From Ignavibacteriota bacterium (GTDB lineage: Bacteria; Bacteroidota; Ignavibacteria; UBA10030), in assembly GCA_963727825.1 (NCBI GenBank), contig CAVSHO010000009.1, positions 704,001 to 768,000 of the forward strand: a DNA stretch of 64,000 nt, read 5' to 3'. Position 1 is the first letter of the stretch, and every line of letters begins with the position of its first letter. The translations under genes and the position numbers were made by a program. Shown piece after piece: positions 28,571-38,334 of this stretch. The notes under the pieces are model-generated. The model ran no database searches and was not told the origin of the DNA. It saw only the letters and a list, made by a program, of their open reading frames with translations.

Positions 28571-29789
28571 CTAGTACTCTTTCCTGTTAGCATAGAAGTT
28601 CATCAACAAACCGACTATCGTCATATTCGCTATAAGCGCAGAGCCGCCGTAACTCATAAAAGGAAGCGGAAGGCCAATCACTGGCATCAATCCCATTGCC
28701 ATGCCGATGTTTATAACTATATGTGTGGTAAGAATACCTGTAATACCAATCGCTGATAAACTTCCGAATTTATTTTTAGACATACTCGCCACCCGCAGTC
28801 CATGTAACGATAACGCTGCAAACAATGATAAGACAATAGAGGAACCAAGAAATCCAAACTCTTCTCCTTGAACACAGAAAATAAAATCCGTCCATTGTTC
28901 CGGAATGTAATTAAGTTGAGTCTGCGTTCCTTTCAAAAAACCTTTTCCTTTAAATCCACCAGAGCCGATGGCAATTTTCGATTGTAGTACATTGTATCCG
29001 GCACCCAATTGGTCGGCTTCTGGATAGAGAAAAGTAGTAATTCTTTTTTGTTGATAGACATGCATGTGTTCATACACGATTTGCACAGAAAGTCCAATGG
29101 CAAGTGCAACTCCAAATGCGATTGCAACTGCGAATCGATTCTCACGGAAGAGATACAATAAAATTGCTCCGAGAACCGATGCAATTAGGAATTGCGCAGT
29201 ACCCTAAGAGTGCGCCCAATGCAACAAGAATGGGGACAATAATGGCAATAAGGATAAAATTTGAAACTCCTGCCCAATAAAGAAGCGGTAATAGTGTCAC
29301 AAAGAAAACAATGGCTGTTCCAAGATCGGGCTCTGCAAGGATAAGAAACATTGGTATTGCAAAGATGCATAGCACTATAACAAGATGTTTGATCTGCAAA
29401 ATTGAAACATCTGTTTTTGAGAGATACGAAGCGAATGCAAGCACGGTTGCAATCTTTGCAAACTCAGATGGCTGCCCACCGATGCCGCCAATGCCGAACC
29501 AACTTTTCGATCCCTTAATAGTGCTACCAACTATAAGAACAATCACAAGAACAGCGATAGTTGTAAAATAAAACGCAAACGACAAGCGCTGTACAGTACG
29601 AAGAGGAATGAATGCTGTTACTAACATTACGATCAAACCAATTCCAGCCCAAAGCGACTGTTTATAGAAATTTGCTGCATTATTGATGTCAAATGTTGCG
29701 CTATAGATTGACATTAAGCCAATAATCACCAAAGCAAGGCAAATGAGGCATGCACGGTAATCAAAATATTCTTTCAAGTAAGAAAACAT
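28571..29789 (-). CDS. rodA: Rod shape-determining SEDS protein RodA, split by one extra base
   Basis: QPSEFAK, EPDLGTA, PEQWTDF, SYGGS are spread over two ORFs; removing one C from ccc at 29202-29204 gives one 405-aa ORF (..LGTAQFLIASVLGAILLYLFRENR..). Confidence 0.93.
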
Positions 29790-29790
29790 A

Positions 29791-31629
29791 TTACCGCTCT
29801 TGTGTGTTAAATGAATGTTTAGATGTGTCATTCTGTGATGCTACTGGATGACTGTTTGCTTGCAACGTTAGTTCGCCAAAGATATACTTTTGCATCACTT
29901 TGCCCGCGATTGGGGCTGCTTTTGCTCCACCCATTCCAGCGTTTTCTAATAGTACAGCAATTGCAATTTTAGGATGATCAAACGGTGCAAAACCGATATA
30001 CCATGCATGATCGGCTCCGTGCGGATTTTGTGCAGTTCCCGTCTTTCCACCTGACATAATACCTCGTATTCGTGCCGCGCCGCCAGTGCCTCCCGGCGCC
30101 TCTACAACACGACGCATACCTTCACGAATTATATTCATCACGCTTGAATCAACTCCTACCGAACTTTCTTTGTGATCAATGATATCAAGACTTTTTGTGC
30201 GTTTATTGCGAATTGAATTGACGGTGTGCGGCTGCAGGAGCGTACCGCCATTTGCTAACAAGGCGGCATACCGAGCCATCTGCAAAGGTGATACACCTAC
30301 TTCACCTTGACCGATCCCAAGGCTCACAATATTTCCCTGTGTCCATTTTCCTTTTCCGTAAACGCGATTGTAATATTCGGTGGATGGGATGAGGCCTGCA
30401 GTTTCTTCCCCAATGTCAATATTTGTAAATTGACCAAAACCAAATTTTTTACCGTATTCATTTAATTTATCTAACCCAACTTTTAGGACAAGCTGATAGA
30501 AAAAAACGTCACATGATCTTTGTATAGCTTCTATCACATTCACGGATCCATGGACGTGCATATCTTTAAAAACTTTATTTCCAAAACGGAATGCTCCGCC
30601 GCAGGTGATACGATAATGTTCATCGATAATTCCTTCCTGAAGCGCTGCTGCCGCAATGAGCATTTTAAAAGTCGAACCAGGCGGGTAACGCGTCATCGTT
30701 GCACGGTTGAACAGCACTTTATCTGGGTCATTATTCAATTGATTCCATACTTCGACTGATGTTACACCGCTGAAAACAGATGGATCAAAATCCGGCTTAC
30801 TAACCATTGCAAGTACACCACCATCATTCGGATCAATGGCAACTAATGCGCCGCGATAATTCGTCATTAAGGATTCTGCGAGCATTTGCAATTCGAAGTC
30901 GATACTCAGATTCAAATCGAATCCATCTTTTGAAGGAATGTCACGCTGTCCTCCTTCGAGTGGGCCTAATAATTGACCCTTGGAATTTACCGAGATGAAC
31001 TCAAAACCCTTTTCGCCGCGCAAAAATGTTTCATAACTTGCCTCCAAACCCGAGGAGCCAATAATATCTCCTGGCTGATACGCAGTACCAACCTTTGCAA
31101 GTTGGGCATCGGTAATTTCTTTGCAATATCCAAGCAGATGCGGCGCCCGGACATTAAATGGATAGATTCGTTTCGATTCGATTTCATACATAACACCAGG
31201 CAGTTTATAAAGATTTTCCTCTACTGCAGCAAGTGTCTTAAAATCAACGTCTCGCTTGATGCGAACGGGAGAGAACCGTGAATAAATACGACCGCGGTTG
31301 AGACGTTCTTGAATCATAGATGGTTCCATTTGCAAAAGTGAACTTAAAAAATAAAGCGTGCGTGTATCAAAGGAAGCAGGTGTCACAGTGATTGAGTATG
31401 CCGGACCTACATCCACAACTAACCGGCCATTACGATCAAATATATATCCCCGCACCGGTTCTTTGACGACCGTTCGTACACTGTTTTCATCGGATTTTTT
31501 CCCAAACTCTGTATGGTACAATAATTGCAATTGACAAAGCCGAAGCAATAAAAATCCAAAAGTCAAAACAATAATAATTGTCAGTACTTGTTTCCTCGAT
31601 GGGGTACCGATTTCTTCTATATTAATCAT
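29791..31629 (-). CDS. mrdA: Penicillin-binding protein 2
   Basis: RGYIFDRNG, PPGSTFK, SCD, KTGTAQ; ATGA overlap with the mreD stop. Confidence 0.97.
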   Translation of the reverse strand: MINIEEIGTPSRKQVLTIIIVLTFGFLLLRLCQLQLLYHTEFGKKSDENSVRTVVKEPVRGYIFDRNGRLVVDVGPAYSITVTPASFDTRTLYFLSSLLQMEPSMIQERLNRGRIYSRFSPVRIKRDVDFKTLAAVEENLYKLPGVMYEIESKRIYPFNVRAPHLLGYCKEITDAQLAKVGTAYQPGDIIGSSGLEASYETFLRGEKGFEFISVNSKGQLLGPLEGGQRDIPSKDGFDLNLSIDFELQMLAESLMTNYRGALVAIDPNDGGVLAMVSKPDFDPSVFSGVTSVEVWNQLNNDPDKVLFNRATMTRYPPGSTFKMLIAAAALQEGIIDEHYRITCGGAFRFGNKVFKDMHVHGSVNVIEAIQRSCDVFFYQLVLKVGLDKLNEYGKKFGFGQFTNIDIGEETAGLIPSTEYYNRVYGKGKWTQGNIVSLGIGQGEVGVSPLQMARYAALLANGGTLLQPHTVNSIRNKRTKSLDIIDHKESSVGVDSSVMNIIREGMRRVVEAPGGTGGAARIRGIMSGGKTGTAQNPHGADHAWYIGFAPFDHPKIAIAVLLENAGMGGAKAAPIAGKVMQKYIFGELTLQANSHPVASQNDTSKHSFNTQER

Positions 31630-32123
31630 TGTGCCCAAGGTGTGTTATATTTTCTGGAATAGAAAAACATCGGTAAGACACTAATGACACAAGTATAGAG
31701 TGTCATTCCTATGGTGTGCTCAATTGTAGAAAATAATACTGAGTCGTTATTCCCTTGAAAAAAAATCAAGAAATATATAAGATTATGAACAACTGAACAA
31801 AGTGCAACCAACAGCACATAGCGGTATGAACCAAGGGTTTGTTCCACTGTGTTTTCGTTAAAAAAATATCCTGCAACAAATCCAGCGATGGTTTTGGAAA
31901 GTGCCGCCAATCCAAAAAATTGTATTGTGATCACATCTTGCAATAATCCGATGATAAATCCACTAATGGTTGCTTCAATTTGCCCGCGGCGCAATGCTAT
32001 ATAGACTAGATAGAGAATAAATAGATCTGGAAGATACCCACTTAAAGAAATAAATGGGAGAAAAGTGGTTTGGAGCAGCAATAATCCGATGACGACAAGA
32101 GCAGAGCGTATGTAAGGTTGCAT
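31626..32123 (-). CDS. mreD: Rod shape-determining protein MreD
   Basis: PDLFIL, GFIIGLLQD, hydrophobic; likely start MQPYIR. Confidence 0.9.
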   Translation of the reverse strand: MQPYIRSALVVIGLLLLQTTFLPFISLSGYLPDLFILYLVYIALRRGQIEATISGFIIGLLQDVITIQFFGLAALSKTIAGFVAGYFFNENTVEQTLGSYRYVLLVALCSVVHNLIYFLIFFQGNNDSVLFSTIEHTIGMTLYTCVISVLPMFFYSRKYNTPWAQ

Positions 32124-32145
32124 TTTTTTCCGTAGAATAATTGAA

Positions 32146-32174
32146 AAAGTACCGAGAAAAGGAGAGAGAAGCAA
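32146..32174 (-). promoter_or_regulatory. Putative sigma70 promoter of mreD-mrdA-rodA
   Basis: Minus strand TTGCTT-N17-TACTTT. Confidence 0.5.
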
Positions 32175-32236
32175 GAACGAGTACAGTAAGAAAATCGCTT
32201 ATGATTTATAGCATGGGTGTGGATTACTAAAGCACA

Positions 32237-32262
32237 AAAGCCAGGTCCACCGGCCTGGCTTT
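32237..32262 (-). terminator. Terminator after the 32299..32673 gene
   Basis: AAAGCCAGG...CCTGGCTTT stem. Confidence 0.6.
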
Positions 32263-32298
32263 GTGTTGACATTGCGGCTGTGTACTTTCTCTACCGCA

Positions 32299-32673
32299 TT
32301 ATTGTGTCGGTCGTCCCATACGTGCCCGGCGCTCTTGGACCATTTTATCGTACTCTTTAGCTTGGTCTTCCGTGAGAACTGCTTTGATTTTGTCGTCTGA
32401 CTTCTTCATAAGTTCTTGCATGGCCGAGCGCATTGCATCACGGTCGCCTTGATTCTCGCTCATTGCCGTGGTCATTTCTTCACGTTGATCTTCTAAAATT
32501 TTTGTGATTTTTGCGCTTTGTTCCTCGCTCAGCTTCAAACTATCGCTCAGCATTTTGACACGATCTTCTACCGACATTCGCTGTGGCTGGGCTTGCGCGA
32601 GAGTAGAAAATAGCATTACGATACCAAGAACGACTACGAGTCCCATAGTCTTTCGCATCACTGTTGTTGACAT
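32299..32673 (-). CDS. Secreted helical protein, Spy/CpxP/DUF4890-like
   Basis: Signal peptide (AQA), LKLSEEQ and VLTEDQ LTxxQ-type motifs, Met/Arg-rich. Confidence 0.75.
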   Translation of the reverse strand: MSTTVMRKTMGLVVVLGIVMLFSTLAQAQPQRMSVEDRVKMLSDSLKLSEEQSAKITKILEDQREEMTTAMSENQGDRDAMRSAMQELMKKSDDKIKAVLTEDQAKEYDKMVQERRARMGRPTQ

Positions 32674-32747
32674 AGGTCCATCCTTTCTTTTTTTAACGCT
32701 TTTGATTATGTATCTCTGGATCCTTTGACCGTCTGGCCTGTATTTAA

Positions 32748-32772
32748 AACGCTGAAAGCACGGAAATGTTTC
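32748..32772 (-). promoter_or_regulatory. ECF-sigma-type promoter
   Basis: Minus strand GAAAC-N16-CGTT. Confidence 0.55.
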
Positions 32773-33038
32773 TATATGGAATGTCTTTTAATATCATGAT
32801 ATTAGACTCTTTAATGGGGTGATTGGTTGAATGAGAAACAAATTTTTTTAGGGAATATTGATCAACACGGCGAACGCCGAAGACCTTGCTGAATAGTCAA
32901 ATCAGGAATATGGTTCCCGTGTAATCTCGTTCGGTCGCGCATATACCTTTAGGGCGCTGTCAAAAAATCCAAGGTTGAATCGCTGAAATATGATAATGAA
33001 TTGTAGTAAGGACTCAATATATTGAATCCCTTCCTAAA

Positions 33039-34115
33039 TCATTTCAATATCCACAGCAGATATCCATATCCCTCTTTTTCCATCTCTTCTTTTGGAATAA
33101 ATTTTAGTGAAGCAGAATTGATACAATATCGTAAATGCGTTGGAGTCGGTCCATCATCAAAGACATGTCCCAAATGTGAATCGCCCGACTTGCTGCGTAC
33201 TTCAATTCTTTCCATATATGCAGATGAATCTTTTTTCTTTACGATGTAGCGCGAGTCAATCGGCTTTGTAAAGCTTGGCCAACCGGTTCCCGACTCAAAC
33301 TTATCGGTCGAACTAAACAGCGGTTCGCCGGATACAATATCAACATAGATTCCAACTTTTTTATTGTTCCAATACGCATTATGAAAAGCCGGTTCTGTTC
33401 CGCATTGTGCAGTGACCTCGTATTGTTCATCTGTCAGTTTCTTTTTTAATTCTTCTTTTGGCGGTTTTTGAAACTTCGACAGGCCGACATCGCCCCATAC
33501 CGCTTTAATAAATTGATCTCTCCCTGAAGCGCTTCTATAACTGTAATATCGAACAGGATTCTTTTTACAATATTGCTGATGGTAATCCTCGGCTGGATAA
33601 AATGTAGTGAATGGAATAATTTTCGCAGCTATGGGTTTATCAAAGATCCCGGATTTTCCCAATTCGGCTTTTGATGATTCGGCTATCTTTTTTTGTACAT
33701 CATTGTGATAGAAAATAGCTGAGAGATATTGTGATCCTCTGTCTACAAAGGAGCCTCCTGAATCTGTAGGATCGATTTGTCTCCAAAATATGTCAACCAA
33801 TTCAGCATAACTAATGAGCTGCGGATCAAAGATAATCTGAACGGATTCAAGGTGGCCTGTTGTACCAGTGCAAACTTCCTCGTATGTAGGATTCTTAACG
33901 TGCCCGCCTGCATAACCGGATATAACTTTCTTGACGCCGTCTAAATCTTCAAAAGCTGTTTCCATACACCAAAAACAACCGCCTGCAAAAGTTGCGGTTT
34001 CCAATCCTTGTTCATCCTTTTGTATAAATCGTGTATTCATATCTTTTGAATCCGTTTTTGTACAACTCGAAATGATAAGAACGCTTATCAGTAATAAAAT
34101 TGATTTAAAATTCAT
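33039..34115 (-). CDS. msrAB: Lipoprotein methionine sulfoxide reductase MsrA-MsrB fusion
   Basis: Lipobox ISSC; GGCFWC and AEDYHQ (MsrA); GWPSF, HLGHVF, RYCINS (MsrB). Confidence 0.96.
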   Translation of the reverse strand: MNFKSILLLISVLIISSCTKTDSKDMNTRFIQKDEQGLETATFAGGCFWCMETAFEDLDGVKKVISGYAGGHVKNPTYEEVCTGTTGHLESVQIIFDPQLISYAELVDIFWRQIDPTDSGGSFVDRGSQYLSAIFYHNDVQKKIAESSKAELGKSGIFDKPIAAKIIPFTTFYPAEDYHQQYCKKNPVRYYSYRSASGRDQFIKAVWGDVGLSKFQKPPKEELKKKLTDEQYEVTAQCGTEPAFHNAYWNNKKVGIYVDIVSGEPLFSSTDKFESGTGWPSFTKPIDSRYIVKKKDSSAYMERIEVRSKSGDSHLGHVFDDGPTPTHLRYCINSASLKFIPKEEMEKEGYGYLLWILK

Positions 34116-34255
34116 ACATTCCTCTTAATGTTCTATTTAATAACAGAACATTTATAAAGCTATTAAAGTTTCAAAATATTGAAAAAGTAAATTGAATTTT
34201 ATCTGGAAAACTCAGATCTATTAAACTAGAGAAGAGGAAATTCAACTTGGTCGAT

Positions 34256-34981
34256 TTATAATTTAAGTTGTATTCCTATATAACCCCATAGATTCGTGTC
34301 ATCATTCTTCTGATGAAGACTTTTTCCGATTGAGCCTAAAAATGAGATAGATTCTGAATATTCCCATATTATACCAACGTTGATCATAGGCTCACATATA
34401 TCGAATGGAGCTTCTTGCAAATTGGAGTGGTATTCAACAAGAACATCGGTATGATTTAAGAATAATGCGGCAGCGATACCACCTCTCCAGCCGGCTGAAT
34501 GTCCTTGTATCCAATCATGCCCAAGCTCGGCGGTTAATCCAAAGGACGACCATTCTTTGTTCAATTCGACAGGCAAGAAAAATTCTGCCTTGTCTTCAAA
34601 TTTTAGCGGGATCTGAATTTGTGGGTAGCTTGAAATATTCGATCCAAACGATTCTGCGTCCAGAAATCTGTACTTAATACCAAATTTTATTTCGTCAAAA
34701 CCATTCCATAAATAACTATTGTTTTCTTTTTCAATCATAAAAGGAGATTCAACCTTCAGTTGCATATGTTCTCCTACTCCATAATTGATATCGATGAATG
34801 GCATTTGCCACGCTGCTACAAGAGATGAGCGTTCAACTGCCGCTGCAATGTTGATTTCCCAATTACCGGGTCCAGGAGTTAATGGATCGTCGGTTATCAA
34901 GGGTGGACCTCCTTGGGCGAAAGATACAAATGGGAAAATTAATGGAAAGAAAATGGAAACATTAATCAAAAATGTTTTCAT
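34256..34981 (-). CDS. Putative outer-membrane beta-barrel protein
   Basis: Signal peptide, QGGPPLITDDP start, alternating beta pattern, terminal YIGIQLKL strand. Confidence 0.6.
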   Translation of the reverse strand: MKTFLINVSIFFPLIFPFVSFAQGGPPLITDDPLTPGPGNWEINIAAAVERSSLVAAWQMPFIDINYGVGEHMQLKVESPFMIEKENNSYLWNGFDEIKFGIKYRFLDAESFGSNISSYPQIQIPLKFEDKAEFFLPVELNKEWSSFGLTAELGHDWIQGHSAGWRGGIAAALFLNHTDVLVEYHSNLQEAPFDICEPMINVGIIWEYSESISFLGSIGKSLHQKNDDTNLWGYIGIQLKL

Positions 34982-35011
34982 AAAGAACTTTTAGTAAAAA
35001 TAGAAGAATAG

Positions 35012-36037
35012 CTATTTTTGTATTTTCAACACAATGAAAGTGTTGGGCAAAATAGCCGGACGCGGATGTGGACGTTCATCTGTTGGGACCGGCGCAGGAC
35101 CAAATTCTGCCGTGGGAATGTACACTGTATGTGTTACAGGATCAACTGTTATCGTACGCCCTCCAATCTGCGTTTTTACTGTTTCCAGCACAGAAAATTT
35201 CGACGGCGATTCTTCGCGTACGATTGTTATTGTTCCTTCGCCGTTTGCTGAAAATACTAATTCTGTTCCCGGATCAAATGCACATCCATCGACCCTCTCC
35301 CCGATGGGAAGTGTAGTGATAACATTTCCGTTATCTGCATTTATGACAACCATCAATTTATTGCCACACACAGAAAATAGACGATTGTGTTTGACATCAA
35401 TAGTCAACCCGGAAGGTTCTTCACCCGGTTTTATCGGCCAGCGAGAGAGAATTTTCATTTCTTTTGCATCGATAACCACAATTTCATTTTTATCCTCGAT
35501 ATTTACAAAGACATGACCTTTGCCATCGGTGGCAGAAAACTCAGGTTTGCCTTCAAGCGGCAATGTTGAGAGAACAGCCCCTTTTTTAGCATCAAGAATC
35601 GAAGCATCATTGCTTCGACCGTTGAAAACAAAAACGCGCTTGGAAAAATGATCATAGAGAATTGCATCGGGATTTTTTCCGACCGAAACCGTATCGATGA
35701 GCTTCAGGGTTTTCAAATCGACAATGCTGACCGTGGAAGCACGACCATTAGAGACGAAACAACGACCAAATTCGTTAGCCACCGCAATACCATGCACACC
35801 TTCTGTTTTAAGGATTTCGCCTGCCACTTTATCGGAATCGGTACTAATGACATCCACTTTAGTCCCGTGCGATGCAAACAATCGATGCGATTGAGCGTCG
35901 AATGAAATATAATCCCAGCCGCCTTCACCGCCAACAACAATCTTCTTTACAACATGATACCCCGAAGAAGATTGTGCAATGCTAATGAGCGAAAAGATTA
36001 TAAGAAGAATTGCGACATTCCGAATAATTTTTAACAT
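35012..36037 (-). CDS. Exported YncE/YVTN-family beta-propeller protein
   Basis: Signal peptide, GGEGGWDY, repeated VGKNPD/GKPE/GEEPSG blades. Confidence 0.85.
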   Translation of the reverse strand: MLKIIRNVAILLIIFSLISIAQSSSGYHVVKKIVVGGEGGWDYISFDAQSHRLFASHGTKVDVISTDSDKVAGEILKTEGVHGIAVANEFGRCFVSNGRASTVSIVDLKTLKLIDTVSVGKNPDAILYDHFSKRVFVFNGRSNDASILDAKKGAVLSTLPLEGKPEFSATDGKGHVFVNIEDKNEIVVIDAKEMKILSRWPIKPGEEPSGLTIDVKHNRLFSVCGNKLMVVINADNGNVITTLPIGERVDGCAFDPGTELVFSANGEGTITIVREESPSKFSVLETVKTQIGGRTITVDPVTHTVYIPTAEFGPAPVPTDERPHPRPAILPNTFIVLKIQK

Positions 36038-36269
36038 GGTGTTCTCCTAATATATGATTGGTTTAAAAACAATATTCTCTAGTCACGTGAACATAAAGAC
36101 AAACATATATTCGACTAAAGTGAATCACCTCCATAGGTTTATCAATTAATATACAAGAAATATAGATGCAGATAATTTGGAATAGTCTTCTATAAGAAGT
36201 ACGCATATAGATTGCTCTATATGTAGAGTACCAAAAAAGATGAAATGGGGCGAAAACTTTTAGGAAAGT

Positions 36270-36317
36270 GAAGTCCATCTTCTTTCTTGTCGGAAAGATA
36301 TGCAGAAGATGGACTTC
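36270..36317 (-). terminator. Long inverted repeat after the ABC permease gene
   Basis: GAAGTCCATCTTCT...AGAAGATGGACTTC 14-bp stem. Confidence 0.55.
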
Positions 36318-36328
36318 GTTCTTGTGTG

Positions 36329-37546
36329 TTATTCATATCTTAAAGCATCAATGGGATTCAGCATTGCTGCTTTTCTAGCTGGATAAAACCCAAAGAATAT
36401 TCCGATAGCAATAGAAAATCCGAATGAAAGGATAATCGAGAATGCCGTAACAATAGTCGGCCACTTCGCAAGACTTGATATGACCGATGAACCGACAACA
36501 CCGAGTATAATTCCAATAATACCGCCTAATAAACTTAGCACAAGCGCTTCGATAAGAAATTGTGTAAGTATGTCTCTGCTTCTGGCACCAATGGACATAC
36601 GAATTCCGATTTCGCGAGTTCGCTCTGTGACAGACACAAGCATAATGTTCATAATGCCGATGCCGCCGACAAGTAGCGAGACCGATGCAATGCTTGCCAG
36701 AAGGATTGTGAGAATATCTGTGGTCGCTGTTGCTGTTGCCGCAAGATCGGTTTGATTGCGAATTGTGAAGTCGTCCGAATCGTATGGCTGAATTTTATGC
36801 CTCATTCGCAGAAGTTCGGAGATCTGTGTTTGCGCAACACTAATATCTTTCAAACTTGTAGCGGAAACAAGGATAAACCTTAAATTGGGCCAATGAGAGA
36901 GTCTTAGTATTACAGTTGTATATGGCGCAAGGATAACATCGTCTTGATCCTGCCCCATTGCGTTTTGCCCTTTTTTCGTAAGTACGCCGACGACTTTAAA
37001 CGGGACACTTCGTATACGAATGGTTTGATCAACCGGACTTGATTCAGGAAAAAGATTGTCAGCAACTGTTCTTCCTAATATACAGACTTTTGCCGCAGCC
37101 TTAATATCTTGATCGGTGAAGAATTCTCCATATTCAATCGGCCATTGACGTATTTCAAGATAGTCGGTACCGACACCTTGAATACCGGTCGACCAATTAA
37201 GATTGCCGGCAATAATCTGACCTCCGGCCATGGACCCTGGAGAAATATACTGAACCGCTGGGCATTCTTTTGAAATTGCGAGAGCATCGTCCTCCGTTAG
37301 AGTAGTCGCCGCTCCTGCCGCACTCCGAACTCCTGCTTGCTGTTGGGCGCCTGGATAGACCATAAGTACATTTGTGCCCAAAGATGCTATCTGTTCCTTC
37401 ACTGAATACTCCGCACCCTGACCGATGGCAAGCATCGCTATAACAGCCCCAACGCCGATAATAATTCCAAGCATGGTAAGAAATGAGCGCATCTTATTGC
37501 GCTGCAAAGCTCTGAATGCTGAAAGAAGAATATTCAAAATCTTCAT
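36329..37546 (-). CDS. MacB-family ABC permease
   Basis: RSFLTMLGIIIGV, GGIGIMNIMLVSVTERTREIG, PIDALRYE. Confidence 0.95.
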   Translation of the reverse strand: MKILNILLSAFRALQRNKMRSFLTMLGIIIGVGAVIAMLAIGQGAEYSVKEQIASLGTNVLMVYPGAQQQAGVRSAAGAATTLTEDDALAISKECPAVQYISPGSMAGGQIIAGNLNWSTGIQGVGTDYLEIRQWPIEYGEFFTDQDIKAAAKVCILGRTVADNLFPESSPVDQTIRIRSVPFKVVGVLTKKGQNAMGQDQDDVILAPYTTVILRLSHWPNLRFILVSATSLKDISVAQTQISELLRMRHKIQPYDSDDFTIRNQTDLAATATATTDILTILLASIASVSLLVGGIGIMNIMLVSVTERTREIGIRMSIGARSRDILTQFLIEALVLSLLGGIIGIILGVVGSSVISSLAKWPTIVTAFSIILSFGFSIAIGIFFGFYPARKAAMLNPIDALRYE

Positions 37547-38334
37547 ATAGTCTCCTCCTCTTCATCATCGATTGTCGGCATTTCTTTAATTACTTCGGAA
37601 GCGACCTTGGGACTGCTATTGATCCTATCTGTTTTAATCTTACCATCTCGAAAAACGATGTGTCGATTCGCAAACGTTGCAACGTCCGGTTCATGGGTTA
37701 CAAGAATGACCGTAATGCCGTTATTGTTAAGCTCTTGAAATATGCCCATAACCTCAACGCTTGTCCGGCTATCCAGATTACCTGTTGGTTCATCAGCAAG
37801 AATAATACTAGGATCATTTACCAGTGCTCTTGCAATTGCTACACGTTGTTGTTGACCACCGGAGAGTTGGTTGGGATAATGATGGATCCTATCCCCGAGT
37901 CCTACACGCTCGATTGCTTCAATGGCTTTCGCTTTACGCAATTTTGTCGATGTTGGACCATAGAATAATGGGAGTTCTACGTTCTCCAACGCTGAAGTGC
38001 GTGAAAGCAAATTAAATCCCTGGAATACGAAACCGATTTTCTTATTCCGTATCGCTGCAAGTTCATCTCTGGATAATTTTCCGACATCGATCCCTTCAAG
38101 CACGTATGATCCTTTCGTTGGCTTGTCGAGACATCCCAAAATGTTCATAAATGTAGATTTACCAGAACCGGAAGCTCCCATAATGGCAACGAACTCACCT
38201 TTTGATACGTTAACCGATACACCACGTAGAGCATGTACGTCAATCTCTCCAAGTTGATAGATTTTAACTAAGTGCTCAATCTGGATAAGAGTTCCATTAA
38301 CATCTATTGGTGCAGTGTGAACATCGGCGATCAT
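37543..38334 (-). CDS. MacB/LolD-type ABC ATP-binding protein
   Basis: [25 protein letters not shown]. Confidence 0.96.
   Translation of the reverse strand: MIADVHTAPIDVNGTLIQIEHLVKIYQLGEIDVHALRGVSVNVSKGEFVAIMGASGSGKSTFMNILGCLDKPTKGSYVLEGIDVGKLSRDELAAIRNKKIGFVFQGFNLLSRTSALENVELPLFYGPTSTKLRKAKAIEAIERVGLGDRIHHYPNQLSGGQQQRVAIARALVNDPSIILADEPTGNLDSRTSVEVMGIFQELNNNGITVILVTHEPDVATFANRHIVFRDGKIKTDRINSSPKVASEVIKEMPTIDDEEEETI

Noticed and set aside
29195-29210. Programmed frameshifting in rodA
   Set aside because: No slippery heptamer or stimulatory structure; other single-base indels in the window point to error.
32855-32896. ILINTANAEDLAE, similar to a ComEA helix-hairpin-helix start
   Set aside because: Only 13 codons, followed by a stop with no continuation.
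36063-36278. 71-aa ORF upstream of the YncE gene
   Set aside because: AT-rich, begins inside a terminator-like repeat and has no motif.
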